Notes: generated from the letters alone by a model not told the origin. DNA of 64,000 nt from Planctomycetota bacterium (GCA_965223265.1 OZ244999.1:9088001-9152000), one strand, 5' to 3'. Numbered from the stretch's first letter, positions 29,202 through 39,749 are shown. A program made the numbers and translations.

Positions 29202-29424
29202 TGGGTGCGCGCGTTCGAAGATCGTCCTGTTAGGTTCAGGAGCTCAGTCAGGAAGGCAGTCGCCGGGCGTCGTGCCTTCGAGAGGAAGTCGGAGGCCGCG
29301 ACAGGTCCCGGTGCTCACGCGCCATGGGCACACGGGTAACCGCGAGCGATTCGCCGCGCCAGTCACGGCGTTCTCTCTTCACATGGCGACCCGGCTCCTC
29401 TGAGGAGCGCGAACTTGGCCTCAA

Positions 29425-29613
29425 TCACTCAGCGCCGCGTCCGACGTCATAAGCGTAGACGTATGCAGCGGAGTGTTGGTCTGCGTCGGCGAGCATGGCG
29501 CGAATCAGATCACGTCGGGTGCGAACGCCACGGTCGATGACCGAAGCGGGAATTCCGACACTTTCCGCGGACTCTGTGTCCGCAGAACGAACATCCTCGA
29601 CTCTGCCTGCCAT
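29425..29613 (-). CDS. Small Pup/UBact-like protein (62 aa, C-terminus GRGAE)
   Basis: Internal ATG 29613 of ORF 29425..29748 gives MAGRVEDVRSADTESAESVGIPASVIDRGVRTRRDLIRAMLADADQHSAAYVYAYDVGRGAE. Size and C-terminus are Pup-like. Co-oriented upstream of the PafA-family gene. Confidence 0.6.
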   Translation of the reverse strand: MAGRVEDVRSADTESAESVGIPASVIDRGVRTRRDLIRAMLADADQHSAAYVYAYDVGRGAE

Positions 29614-29981
29614 AGAATCGCTCGGCGAAACGTTCAATTTCACAAAAAACTCCGAAACGGTTAAGATCCTGCCACAGGTGATTATCTCCAGCAGACCACT
29701 CACGCACAAGGTTTTTCGCGGCCGCACAGAAGGCTGCACGCGCCACATCGACTGAAAAACGCGTCGTCACACCCGAATCGTTCCGCTGCGAACACGCGAG
29801 AATCCGCGAGATTCTCCGGTGTGGCCACTGAGCACGAGCCGTGGTCGGGAGATGGAGACCCCAAGTTGTCGAGTTCGAGAACGCCTAGTAAATCACGAAC
29901 ATTCAGGTGGTCAAGAGCCCAGTAGGTCGATTCTTGGCTTTTGAGGGTTGAGGGCTTTCCTGCGGGAGACGGAGGATCCGG

Positions 29982-30851
29982 ATGCGAGAACGTTGTAGTG
30001 CCGTTGCCCGCGAGCTCCAGGACACCATCACCGAGGAGCTCGAGCGCCTCGATGGGAGCCGTTTTGAGGAGGACCTGTGGGATCGAAGCGGCGGCGGCGG
30101 CGGACGTACCCGCGTGCTGACGGGCGGCGGACTCTTCGAGCGCGCAGGCGTCAATTACTCGTCGGTGCACGGCGAGCTTTCGGACGAGTTCGCCCCCCAA
30201 CTGGCCGGCTCCGGGAAGGAGTTCTTCGCCACCGGGATCTCTCTCGTCCTCCATCCGTCGAACCCTCAAGTCCCCACGGTGCATGCGAACTTTCGATACA
30301 TCGAGAGAGGCGACGCATGGTGGTTTGGGGGCGGCGCTGATCTCACGCCGTACGTCTTTTACGAGGAGGACCCTTGCCATTTCCACTCGACGTGGAAACA
30401 GGTCTGCGACCGCCACGACCCCGAACATTACCCGAGATTCAAGAAGTGGTGCGACGAGTACTTCTTTTTGCCACATCGCGGTGAGTCGCGCGGCGTCGGT
30501 GGAATTTTTTTCGACAACCTGACTGGAGACCGCGATCGGCTGTTCGAATTCTGGAGCGATGCCGGGAGCGCGTTCTTGGACTCTTACGTGCCCATCGTCG
30601 AGCGCCGGCGGCATCTGGAACACAATGAGTCGCAGCGGCGATATCAACTGCTCCGACGTGGCCGCTACGTCGAGTTTAATCTCATGTACGACCGTGGGAC
30701 GATTTTCGGCCTCAAAACGCGAGGTCGGATCGAATCGATCCTAATGTCTCTGCCGCCTCTCGTCGCGTGGGAGTACGACGTGAAGTGGCCACCGGCTAGC
30801 GCTGAGGCGGAGCTTGAAGCCGTGCTGCGTGAGCCCCGCGACTGGGTGTAG
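29982..30851 (+). CDS. hemF: Oxygen-dependent coproporphyrinogen III oxidase
   Basis: FERAGVNYS.V.G, GISLVLHPSNP.VPTVHANFRY, WWFGGGADLTP, RRGRYVEFNL.YDRGT.FGL. Confidence 0.96.
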   Translation: MRERCSAVARELQDTITEELERLDGSRFEEDLWDRSGGGGGRTRVLTGGGLFERAGVNYSSVHGELSDEFAPQLAGSGKEFFATGISLVLHPSNPQVPTVHANFRYIERGDAWWFGGGADLTPYVFYEEDPCHFHSTWKQVCDRHDPEHYPRFKKWCDEYFFLPHRGESRGVGGIFFDNLTGDRDRLFEFWSDAGSAFLDSYVPIVERRRHLEHNESQRRYQLLRRGRYVEFNLMYDRGTIFGLKTRGRIESILMSLPPLVAWEYDVKWPPASAEAELEAVLREPRDWV

Positions 30852-31216
30852 GCCGCCTGCACCCGCACCGTCCGGCAGCAGCCTCGAGTCTGGTCATTGC
30901 GCGTCAAGCCCAAGCTCGGGTGCGATCTGCGGCGATCGGTGGGCGCGCGCAGCGGCGGACCTGGCACTTCCAGCGGGCCGGTCGGAAGTTTCGAACAAGC
31001 ACAGCAAAACAGTCCAAAAAGCCTTGGAATCCCGGTAAATTCGTCCGGCCAGGCTGGCACTCAGTCCGAACTCCTTCCGCGAGCGCCGGGGCGGCACGCA
31101 GGATCAAGAGAGGCGAGATGTCTTGCCGACACTTGTTACGTTGGATCCTCCGGAGAACGGGCTGCCGCGCTGAAACCAGATCGAGCGCGGAATCACCTCA
31201 GACCGAGACAAGACGA

Positions 31217-32179
31217 ATGCGTTACCTATCGGGAATTCAACCCTCCGGCACCTTACACCTGGGCAACTATTTTGGCGCCATGCGCCAGCACGTAGCCCGC
31301 CAAGATGAGAACGAGTGCTTCTACTTCATCGCCGACTATCATTCCTTGACGACGGTGCGCGAGCCGGACGTCTTGCGGCAAAACGTCACTGATGCCGTAC
31401 TCGACTACCTTGCGGTTGGACTCGATCCCGACAAGTCGGTGCTGTTTCGCCAGTCCGACGTACCGCAAGTGGTTGAGCTCATGTGGGTCCTCTCGACGCT
31501 GACGTCCATGGGGCTCTTGGAGCGATGCCACAGCTACAAGGATAAGATCGCCAAAGGCATCGAGCCGAGCCACGGGCTCTTCTCGTACCCTGTGTTGATG
31601 GCGGCCGATATTCTCCTCTACGACGCCGAGCGTGTTCCCGTCGGCAAAGACCAAGTGCAGCATCTTGAAGTGACACGCGACATCGCCCAGCGATTCAATC
31701 ACCTCTACGGTGAGACATTGGTGGTCCCCGAGGCGGAGGTCGAGAAGGAGACGGCGGCCGTGCCGGGGGTCGACGGCCAGAAGATGTCGAAGAGTTACGG
31801 CAACACGATCGAGATGTTCACCAGCGAAAAGAAGCTGAAGAAATCGATCATGGCGATCAAAACCGACTCGAAAGGCGTTGACGAACCCAAAGATCCTGAT
31901 GAGAGCACGATTTGCCAACTCTATCGGCTTGTGGCAAAGGACGAGGAGATGGCGGCGATGGAGGCTCGTTTTCGCGAGGGTGGCTATGGCTACGGAGATG
32001 CAAAGAAGGCCTTGCTGGCAAAGACACTCGACTACTTCGCGGACTATCGCGCCTCCCGGGAGAAGCTCGCTGCCGACCCAAACGTTGTCGCGGAGGTTCT
32101 GCGCGGCGGCGCTGCGAAGGCATGCAAGATGGCGACGCAGACTCTTGACCGCGTCTACCGGGCCGTCGGGCTGCGGTGA
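31217..32179 (+). CDS. trpS: Tryptophan--tRNA ligase
   Basis: SGIQPSGTLHLGNY (HIGH-like), YPVLMAADILLY, VPVGKDQ.QHLE, KMSKS. Start at ATG 31217. Confidence 0.96.
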   Translation: MRYLSGIQPSGTLHLGNYFGAMRQHVARQDENECFYFIADYHSLTTVREPDVLRQNVTDAVLDYLAVGLDPDKSVLFRQSDVPQVVELMWVLSTLTSMGLLERCHSYKDKIAKGIEPSHGLFSYPVLMAADILLYDAERVPVGKDQVQHLEVTRDIAQRFNHLYGETLVVPEAEVEKETAAVPGVDGQKMSKSYGNTIEMFTSEKKLKKSIMAIKTDSKGVDEPKDPDESTICQLYRLVAKDEEMAAMEARFREGGYGYGDAKKALLAKTLDYFADYRASREKLAADPNVVAEVLRGGAAKACKMATQTLDRVYRAVGLR

Positions 32180-32203
32180 GCAAGTAGCGGGTTTCATCAT
32201 CTG

Positions 32204-33223
32204 ATGCCGATTCGTACGCAGACGATTGACCTCGAGCTCCTCCACCCGTTCACGATCGCACGTGGGACGAAAAACGTCTCAAGTATCGTCGTCGCCGAGC
32301 TCGAGCATGGCGGCATTCTCGGCTACGGAGAGTCGTGCCCGAACGCTTACTATTCGGAGTCTACGGCGACGGTGGCGCAAGCCATCGACGACGTCAGCGA
32401 GTGGATGTCAGGGCAGTCGCCGCTTGCCTACGAGCATCTCCTGGAGGATCTGTCGCAGCGGATGGGGGGAGAGTCGCGAGCTGCGCTCTCATGTCTCGAT
32501 CTCGCCGTGTTCGATTGGGTCGGGAAGAAACTGGGAGTCTCAGTCCATCGCCTTCTTGGCGTCGATCCAGCGCTATCGCCGCAGACGTCACTGACAATCG
32601 GGATCGATACGCCGCAGCGCATGGTCGAGAAGCTGCGTGAGGCAGGGGATGTACCTATCATCAAGGTCAAAGTCGGCATGCCGGGGGATGTCGAGGTTGT
32701 GCGTGCGCTGCGCCGAGAGTCGCGCGCGGTGTTTCGTGTCGACGCCAACTGCGGTTGGGAGCTGCGCGAAGCGATCGAAAAGTCTCACGAGCTGGCCAGC
32801 CTCGGCGTTGAGTTCATCGAGCAGCCGCTCCCACCAGAGCAGTTAGACGCCATGGAAGAGGTCTATGCCAAGTCGGCGCTGCCACTCGTCGCGGACGAGA
32901 ATTCTGTCGTCGCTGCTGACTTGCCAGCGCTCGTGGGCCGATTCCATGGCATCAACATCAAGCTGGTCAAATGCGGCGGACTCAGGCCCGCACTGCGAAT
33001 GATTCATGTGGCTCGGGCGCTTGGTTTTCGCGTCATGCTTGGTTGTATGGTCGACAGCTCCCTCAGCGCGGCAGCGGCGGCACAGATTGCTCCGCTCGTC
33101 GATGACGTTGATCTTGACGGACCGCTTCTGATCAAAAACGATCCGTTTCGCGGCCTGAGCTACATCGGCGCACGCCCGGTGGTGTCGAACCTCCCAGGTC
33201 TAGGGGTCGAGCCTGCGGATTGA
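32204..33223 (+). CDS. L-Ala-D/L-Glu epimerase / DgcA-like enolase-superfamily racemase
   Basis: PFTIARG, GYGE..P, IKVKVG, VDANCGW, IEQP, ADE, INIKLVKCGG, MLGCM, DLDG. Confidence 0.88.
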   Translation: MPIRTQTIDLELLHPFTIARGTKNVSSIVVAELEHGGILGYGESCPNAYYSESTATVAQAIDDVSEWMSGQSPLAYEHLLEDLSQRMGGESRAALSCLDLAVFDWVGKKLGVSVHRLLGVDPALSPQTSLTIGIDTPQRMVEKLREAGDVPIIKVKVGMPGDVEVVRALRRESRAVFRVDANCGWELREAIEKSHELASLGVEFIEQPLPPEQLDAMEEVYAKSALPLVADENSVVAADLPALVGRFHGINIKLVKCGGLRPALRMIHVARALGFRVMLGCMVDSSLSAAAAAQIAPLVDDVDLDGPLLIKNDPFRGLSYIGARPVVSNLPGLGVEPAD

Positions 33224-33287
33224 GTGCTGCGTACAACTTTTTTGTCGTCCGCGAGCCCGACGAACCATCGAAGCCCAGGCAGCTCAC

Positions 33288-34334
33288 TCACCTTTTGACC
33301 TGCAGCTCCGCGTCGCGCGCCAGCACGATGTCGGCGAGAGGATCGGCGCCTTGGCGAATCACATCGAACGCCGGTAGTCCAGTCGCGTCCTCGGCGGCGC
33401 GGAGCGCGTGATCTGCCTCTCCAGTTGTCAGTTCTGACGTGTTGGCCGCGAGTGCGACGACCTTCGACGGGCAAAGGAGGCTCGCCAAACCTTCATAGAG
33501 CGGGATGAGACGCTCGAGTGACGGCATGGGTAGCGTAGCGCTGCGCACGATGGGCCGAGTCGGATCAAACGCGAGGATCATCGTCTGCGGCGCGCAGCCG
33601 TGCAGCAGTCCCAACGTGACTCCGGAGTAGAGCGGATGGCAGATACTCCCTTGCCCTTCGATCAGCAAGAGGTCCTGGTCTTCGTGCTCAAGGATGACTT
33701 TCTCGACGGCGCCGGCAACGAAGTCGCTCACGATGCAGTCGGCGGGAACGCCCCAACCCGAGATGAGAATCCCGGTTTGTCCGGTAGCAACAAAGTCCGC
33801 TTTCTTGCCACGCCTGACGAGCGCGGCGTTCAGTTCCAGCATGACCAACATCTTGCCCACCGAGCAGTCCTGGCCAACGGCATGAACGCGATGAACTCGA
33901 CTGCTACGCACGAGGTCCTTGCCGACTGTGACGTCTGGAGGTGGTCGTCGAGCATCGAGGATACTCACACCATGGCGAGCCGCGAGGTCGTGGAACTCCG
34001 GATCGTCCCCGAGAAAGACGTGGAGGCCGCTCGCGATGTGCATGCCGCGGGCGATGGCGGCGGCGATCAACTGCCTCCAACTCTGCGGCAGTCTTCCACC
34101 CGACGGTGAGATGCCGATGACGAGCTCGGTGGCGTCGACGTCCTCAAGTCGGCTGACGACCGGGATGTCGCCGCCGAACCCGAACACGTCCTCGCAGGTG
34201 CGGCCGGCACATGTGGAGTCGAGAATGCCCGCCACCTCTTGGGTGCGATAGCGGATCAGGCCGGCAGCCGTTTTGGCATCGAGAGGGTTGCTCTTCCCCT
34301 CCGTGAGGATCAGGAGACGTCGGTTTGCCTTCAT
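33288..34334 (-). CDS. DUF1611 domain protein (DgcN-like D-glutamate N-acetyltransferase family)
   Basis: AKTA.GLIRY, IGISPSGGRLP, IASGLH, VGQDCSVGKM, ATGQTGI, DFVAGAVE, IEGQGSI.HP.YSGVTLGLLHG..P. Confidence 0.88.
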   Translation of the reverse strand: MKANRRLLILTEGKSNPLDAKTAAGLIRYRTQEVAGILDSTCAGRTCEDVFGFGGDIPVVSRLEDVDATELVIGISPSGGRLPQSWRQLIAAAIARGMHIASGLHVFLGDDPEFHDLAARHGVSILDARRPPPDVTVGKDLVRSSRVHRVHAVGQDCSVGKMLVMLELNAALVRRGKKADFVATGQTGILISGWGVPADCIVSDFVAGAVEKVILEHEDQDLLLIEGQGSICHPLYSGVTLGLLHGCAPQTMILAFDPTRPIVRSATLPMPSLERLIPLYEGLASLLCPSKVVALAANTSELTTGEADHALRAAEDATGLPAFDVIRQGADPLADIVLARDAELQVKR

Positions 34335-34748
34335 TTTCGGTGGGCGACGGGTTTTGTAGAACCCGCTATTTGAACGGCTGCGGTGCACCTCCGCACACGA
34401 ATTATTTGGCTTTTTTTGCGTTGGTCCCTTGGCGGAAGCCACGAATCGCCTCGTGCCAACGGCGCTACGCGAGTCGACCGGAGGTTCCAGGAAGGGCAAA
34501 GCCGCGTGCGCCTGAGCGCGGACCCAGTTGTCGTGTGGACCTCGACTGCGACGCGAACGTAGCAGGTACATTTCCTGCTGCTCGGTCCGTGCACTTCTCT
34601 TAGCGTTAGCAACAGCCCGCGTATCGCGAGTTCATGCGGACGCTGACTCGCGTTCGGCGATTTGACGCCGGTCTAGGTGGTTGACCGAGTATTAGAAGCT
34701 CTTCCGAATGATTGCTATCTGAGAAACGCTTTCCTGCAAGCGTCGAGG

Positions 34749-37163
34749 CTATGAGTGCTTCTTGCCCCACTTCTCTAGCAGATCTTCGATAGTCGTCTGA
34801 CGCTCCGGCTCTTTGCCTTGCGATTTTGGCTGCTGCGCCGAAGTGAGCGGGCGCCGCTGCTGCTTGGAGCGTTTGCGCGCCCCACGTCCGGAGTCCTTGT
34901 CCGCGGTTTTTGAGCCCGGGCGCCCGCGGCGTTGTCCGCCGCCAGTTGGTGCCGGCTCCAGCGCCTTGAGCGATAGACTGATTCGGCCGCGCTCGAGATC
35001 CACTTCCAGGATCTTTGTCTTGACGACGTCGCCGACCTTCACGACTTTGCGCGGGTCGTCGACCCACTGGTGCGTCAGCTCGCTCACGTGAACCAGACCA
35101 TCCCTTTTCACTCCAATGTCGATGAAGGCACCGAAGTTCGTGACGTTGGAGACCCGACCTTCGATCACCATACCAGATTTCAGATCGTCAACGCTGACGA
35201 CGTCGTCGCGCCACTCCGGAATCCGAAACTCAGGGCGCGGATCACGGCCTGGTTTTTCCAGCTCGCTGCGAATGTCCTCGAGCGTGTACTCCCCGACCCC
35301 CGCGTCCACGTCTGTGAACTTGGAGAGGTCGAGTTGGCTGACAAGCTGAGGATTGCCGACAAGTTCGTCCGCGGACACGTCGAGTTGCCGCGTCATCGCA
35401 GCGACGACGTCATAGCGTTCCGGGTGCACCGCTGTCGCATCGAGTCGGTTCGAGCCGCCGCGGATGCGGAGGAATCCACCTGCGAGCTCGAAGGTCTTGG
35501 GGCCGAACCCGGAGACCTCAAGCACCTGCGCGCGGTTGTCGAACGGGCCGCGGGAATCTCGGTGGGCGACGATCTTCTCGGCAAGCCCATCGGAGAGGCC
35601 GGAAACATGCTTGAGGAGGGCACGCGACGCGGTGTTGAGCTCGACACCTACTTGGTTCACGACTTTCGCCACCGCGGTGTCGAGTTCGCGGCTGAGCGCC
35701 TTCTGATTAACGTCGTGCTGGTATTGCCCGACGCCAAGCGCCTTCGGCTCGATCTTTACCAGCTCCGCCAGTGGATCTTGAAGCCGCCTTGCGATCGATA
35801 CTGCGCCGCGAAGCGAAACGTCCAGATCGGGCAATTCACTCCGAGCCAGCGGTGACGCCGAATAGATCGAGGCGCCGGTTTCCGGGACGATGGCGACGAT
35901 CACCCCGTCGAGGTTTGCTTCCTTAACAGCCTCGCGCGCGAAGCGCTCTGTCTCTCGGCTACCGGTGCCGTTGCCGATCGCCACGGCGCGCACGTCATGC
36001 TTACGAACCAGCTCGAGCACCTTAGATTTCGCCTGTTCGGCCTTGGCGTTGGGCTCGATTGGGTAGATGACGTCCGTGGCGATGGCGCGTCCGGTCGCAT
36101 CGACTACAGCGAGCTTGCAGCCCGTTCGGTAGCCCGGATCTAGCCCCATGACCGCAAACTCGCCCAGCGGCGCTTGCAGCAGAAGTGCCTCGAGGTTGGC
36201 GCGAAACACGGAGATCGCTTCTGACTCCGCCCTGTCGCGAAGTTCAGTGCGTACTTCGCTGGTGATGGATGGGCGCAGCAGGCGGCGATAGCCATCGCTT
36301 GTCGCTTCCGCGAGCTGTTCGCCGCGGGGTGTCTTGAGCGGTTGCTGCCATGACTGCGACAACCGGGCGATTTCGCGTTCATCATCGAATTCCACATTGA
36401 CGCTTAGGATTCCAGCTTTCTCGCCGCGGATGGTGGCCAGCAGGCGGTGCGAAGCGATCTTCCGTAGAGGTTCGCGGTAGTCGAAATAATCGCGATAGAT
36501 GGCTGCTTCCTTCGCGCCTTTGTCCACTGCGGCTGCCAGCTGCGACACGAGGACGCCTTCATCTGCGAGTGCCTCGCGCAGCTGAGCGCGGTGCGTCGCC
36601 GTCTCGGCGAGGCGTTCGGCGAGGATGTCGCGCGCGCCGGCGAGTGCCGCCTGGGAGTCGGCCACTCCTTTCTCGTCGCTGACGAACGCGCCTGCCAACT
36701 CCGCTACGTCGCGCCCATCGTCAGGCTGCAGCAGCTCTTCCGCCAAGGGTTCAAGTCCACGCTCTCGCGCGATCTGTGCCCGCGTTCGTTTCTTCTTCTT
36801 GTAGGGCAGGTAGAGATCTTCGAGCCCTTGTTTCGTCAATGCAGAGCGGATCGAGCGCTCGAGTTCGTCGGTCAGTTTGTCCTGGCTGCGAATGGATTCG
36901 AGGATGCTGTCGCGGCGCTCCATGAGTTCGAGAAAGTACTCGCGACGAGCAAAGAGCTTCTCGAGCTGCTCGTCGATCAACCCGCCGGTCGCCTCCTTAC
37001 GATACCGGGCCACAAAGGGAACTGTTGCGCCGGCACCGAAAAGGGCGTCCGCGGCGCGCACCTGACGATCTTGGCACGAGATCTCGGTGGCGATCAGTTG
37101 GGTGAAGTGGTCTTCGAGTGGTGTGGAACGATCTTCGCGTGAGGGGACAGTCGACGTTGTCAT
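34749..37163 (-). CDS. tex: Tex family RNA-binding transcriptional accessory protein
   Basis: GATVPFVARYRKEATG, EDLYLPYKKK, GLDPGYRTGCK, IARRLQDPLAELVKI, C-terminal S1 domain (NVTNFGAFIDIG). Confidence 0.95.
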   Translation of the reverse strand: MTTSTVPSREDRSTPLEDHFTQLIATEISCQDRQVRAADALFGAGATVPFVARYRKEATGGLIDEQLEKLFARREYFLELMERRDSILESIRSQDKLTDELERSIRSALTKQGLEDLYLPYKKKKRTRAQIARERGLEPLAEELLQPDDGRDVAELAGAFVSDEKGVADSQAALAGARDILAERLAETATHRAQLREALADEGVLVSQLAAAVDKGAKEAAIYRDYFDYREPLRKIASHRLLATIRGEKAGILSVNVEFDDEREIARLSQSWQQPLKTPRGEQLAEATSDGYRRLLRPSITSEVRTELRDRAESEAISVFRANLEALLLQAPLGEFAVMGLDPGYRTGCKLAVVDATGRAIATDVIYPIEPNAKAEQAKSKVLELVRKHDVRAVAIGNGTGSRETERFAREAVKEANLDGVIVAIVPETGASIYSASPLARSELPDLDVSLRGAVSIARRLQDPLAELVKIEPKALGVGQYQHDVNQKALSRELDTAVAKVVNQVGVELNTASRALLKHVSGLSDGLAEKIVAHRDSRGPFDNRAQVLEVSGFGPKTFELAGGFLRIRGGSNRLDATAVHPERYDVVAAMTRQLDVSADELVGNPQLVSQLDLSKFTDVDAGVGEYTLEDIRSELEKPGRDPRPEFRIPEWRDDVVSVDDLKSGMVIEGRVSNVTNFGAFIDIGVKRDGLVHVSELTHQWVDDPRKVVKVGDVVKTKILEVDLERGRISLSLKALEPAPTGGGQRRGRPGSKTADKDSGRGARKRSKQQRRPLTSAQQPKSQGKEPERQTTIEDLLEKWGKKHS

Positions 37164-37643
37164 GCAGTCGGTGCACTCCGGCTCGGGTCTTCGTGGGGTC
37201 AGTAGGAAAACGAGTAGAGCTGTGTGGCGATAGGGTGTCCCACATCACAAGCTCGTGCCACCGCTCCTCGAGCAGTCAACCCGCGGCATGACGCGCCGCC
37301 ACTGAGCGCCGGTTGGGGCCACGGGTTGGGTCGACCGCTCGGGTTCAGAGTGCAGGCGAGAAAGCGATGAGTCTTCGTGTTCGGGTCAATAGTGCCGCAT
37401 CACGGTGTCAGGTCAAGGCCGTAATGCCGACGGCCTCGGGCATTGCCCTGCGCCGTTCGGGCGACGAGAATGGTCGAGCCGCTCGTGTTTCTACATATCA
37501 GCCCGTTGAAAAAGAGATCGGGCGCGAATGCCGTCTTTCGCGCCCGTCGTTCTGTAGTCTTGTAGGACGTGTGATCGGGCGGCCCGAGGGACCAGTTGGT
37601 TGGTTCACAGAGTTGTCCGTGGGGCGTATGAGTCGCAGCCATA

Positions 37644-39749
37644 ATGGTCACGCATAGAACGGTCTGTTCCCATGATTGCCCGGACGCGTGTGCGGTGCTT
37701 GTCGACGTAGAAGGTGGCCGAGCGGTTCGCTTTCGCGGCGACCCGGACCACCCCGTGACGGGTGGTTTTCTGTGTGGCAAGGTGTCGGCGTACGACACGG
37801 TCGTTCACGCGGAGAACCGACTGCTCCACCCGCTGCGCCGCGACGGTCCAAAGGGCGCCGGCAAGTTTCGCCGTGTGACCTGGGACGAAGCACTCGCGGA
37901 GCTCGTCGATCGCTTGTCCTCGGTTTACCGCAGCGTTGGACCCGAGGCGCTCCTTCTTTACTACTATGCGGGCACCATGGGGTACGTCCATCGCTTCGCC
38001 GCCGAGGCACTGTTCAATCGACTCGGCTCCACGCGTCTGCGGCAGAACATTTGTTACTACGGCGCTGATGCAGGTTACGCCTCCGTCGTCGGTGGCGGTT
38101 ATGGACTCGACATGGAGGATGCGGTTGAGTCTGACCTACTCACGGTTTGGGGGGCGAACATCGCAACGACCCAGGTGCACCTGCTGCCGTTCTTGAACGC
38201 TGCGCGCGCCAAAGGGGCACCTCTTTGGGTGATCGATCCATACCGCAATCGCACAGTGAGGCAGGCCGATCGTTGGCTCCAGGTGCGTCCGGGCACGGAC
38301 GCCGCGTTAGCGCTCGGTCTGATGCATCTGCTCGATCGTGAGAGTCTTGTCGACGAGCGGTTCATCTCCGAGCGTACCACGGGCTACGAACGGCTGCAGC
38401 GAGACGTGCTCCCAAAGTATTCTCCAGAGCGCGTCGCATCGATCACCGGGATTACGCCGCAAGACCTTGTCGATCTCGCCATGGCTCTCGGTAAGGCTCA
38501 CGCTCCGCTCTTCAAGGTCGGGATTGGACTTGGCCGCAGCACGACGGGCGCCGCGGCAGTGCGCGCGATTTGCTGTCTCGCGGGTGTGTTGGGCGCGTTC
38601 GACCGCATCGGCGGCGGCGTGCTGTACGACTCCGGTTGCGAGTTCCGGCTCGATCTCTCCCCTCTCACGCGCCCAGATTGGCGCCTCGATGCGGCTCGCG
38701 AGATGAACATGACCGAACTCGCCGCGGCGCTTGATTCCTGGGATGATCCGCCGATCCGATTTCTTTATGTACACGGCTCGAACCCGGTCGCTACGGCACC
38801 CTTGCAGGCTCAGCTGCGCCGGGGCATGGCGCGAGATGATCTCTTCACCGTCGTGCACGAGCGCTTCATGACCGACACCGCCACCTATGCGGACCTCGTC
38901 TTGCCGGCCGTGACCTTTGCTGAGTCGAGCGATTTGTACAAAAGTTACGGCCATCTCTACTTGCAGTTCGCAAAGCGAGCGATTGCGCCCGTCGGAGAAT
39001 CTCGAACGAACCTCGAGGTTGTCCAGGAGATTGGTCGACGGCTTGGTTTTGAAGATCGTTGGTTCGATGCGACAGTCGACGAACTCGTGCGGGAGATCCT
39101 CCAGGCGTCGACGCATAGGAACCTCGCCAGCGTCGACATCGATCGACTCCTCCAGGGTGAGTGGCAGCGGCTCGACTTGCCGCGTGGGGAGCCAGGCTTC
39201 GCCGCGGGATTCCCCACGCCGTCCGGGCGTCTGGAGTTCTTCTCGGAGAGCTTGGCGGCGTCGAGCTTGCCAGGGATCGTCGAGCACGATCAACGCGCGG
39301 CGGACCGATCGACAGAGAGTCACCCGCTACGCCTTCTGACGCCGCCGGCGCACGCCTTTTTGAACAGTTCGTTCGGCCACTCGTCGCGATCGCGTCGGCG
39401 CGAGTCAGGTGAGCCGGTGTGTTTGGTCCATCCCGACGACGCAGGCGCCGTTGGCAGCGTTGGCATCAAGAGCGGAGATCTTGTGGAACTGTTCAACGGG
39501 CACGGCTGCGTGTGCTTGCGCGCGAATGTGACACGAGATACGCTCCGCGGTGTCGTTGTGGCCGAAGGAACGTGGTGGCCGCAGGCGTGCCCTGGTGGTC
39601 GTGGGATCAACGAGCTGACGAGCGATCGGTTGACAGATCTCGGCGGTGGCAGCACTTTTCATGACAACTACGTTGGACTCAGGCTCGCTTCTCGGGACGT
39701 CTCGAGTACAACCGAATCAGGCGGTTTCCAGGCGCGCGTTGAATTGTAG
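37644..39749 (+). CDS. Molybdopterin-dependent oxidoreductase
   Basis: CSHDCPD.C...GFLCGK (4Fe-4S), RLLHPL, FMTDTA.YADLVLPA, LRLLTP..LNSSF, GINELTS..TDLGGG. Confidence 0.92.
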   Translation: MVTHRTVCSHDCPDACAVLVDVEGGRAVRFRGDPDHPVTGGFLCGKVSAYDTVVHAENRLLHPLRRDGPKGAGKFRRVTWDEALAELVDRLSSVYRSVGPEALLLYYYAGTMGYVHRFAAEALFNRLGSTRLRQNICYYGADAGYASVVGGGYGLDMEDAVESDLLTVWGANIATTQVHLLPFLNAARAKGAPLWVIDPYRNRTVRQADRWLQVRPGTDAALALGLMHLLDRESLVDERFISERTTGYERLQRDVLPKYSPERVASITGITPQDLVDLAMALGKAHAPLFKVGIGLGRSTTGAAAVRAICCLAGVLGAFDRIGGGVLYDSGCEFRLDLSPLTRPDWRLDAAREMNMTELAAALDSWDDPPIRFLYVHGSNPVATAPLQAQLRRGMARDDLFTVVHERFMTDTATYADLVLPAVTFAESSDLYKSYGHLYLQFAKRAIAPVGESRTNLEVVQEIGRRLGFEDRWFDATVDELVREILQASTHRNLASVDIDRLLQGEWQRLDLPRGEPGFAAGFPTPSGRLEFFSESLAASSLPGIVEHDQRAADRSTESHPLRLLTPPAHAFLNSSFGHSSRSRRRESGEPVCLVHPDDAGAVGSVGIKSGDLVELFNGHGCVCLRANVTRDTLRGVVVAEGTWWPQACPGGRGINELTSDRLTDLGGGSTFHDNYVGLRLASRDVSSTTESGGFQARVEL

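Noticed and set aside
29245-29424. ~58-codon minus-strand ORF between the Pup-like gene and the PafA-like gene
   Set aside because: Arg/Ser/Pro-rich, no Pup-like C-terminus and no clear start, so probably non-coding.
30852-31216. Possible T-box or attenuator upstream of trpS
   Set aside because: No T-box consensus or Trp-rich leader peptide recognised.
37164-37643. Possible Moco riboswitch upstream of the molybdopterin oxidoreductase
   Set aside because: Only short GC hairpins are visible and I could not match the consensus. An Rfam scan would be needed.
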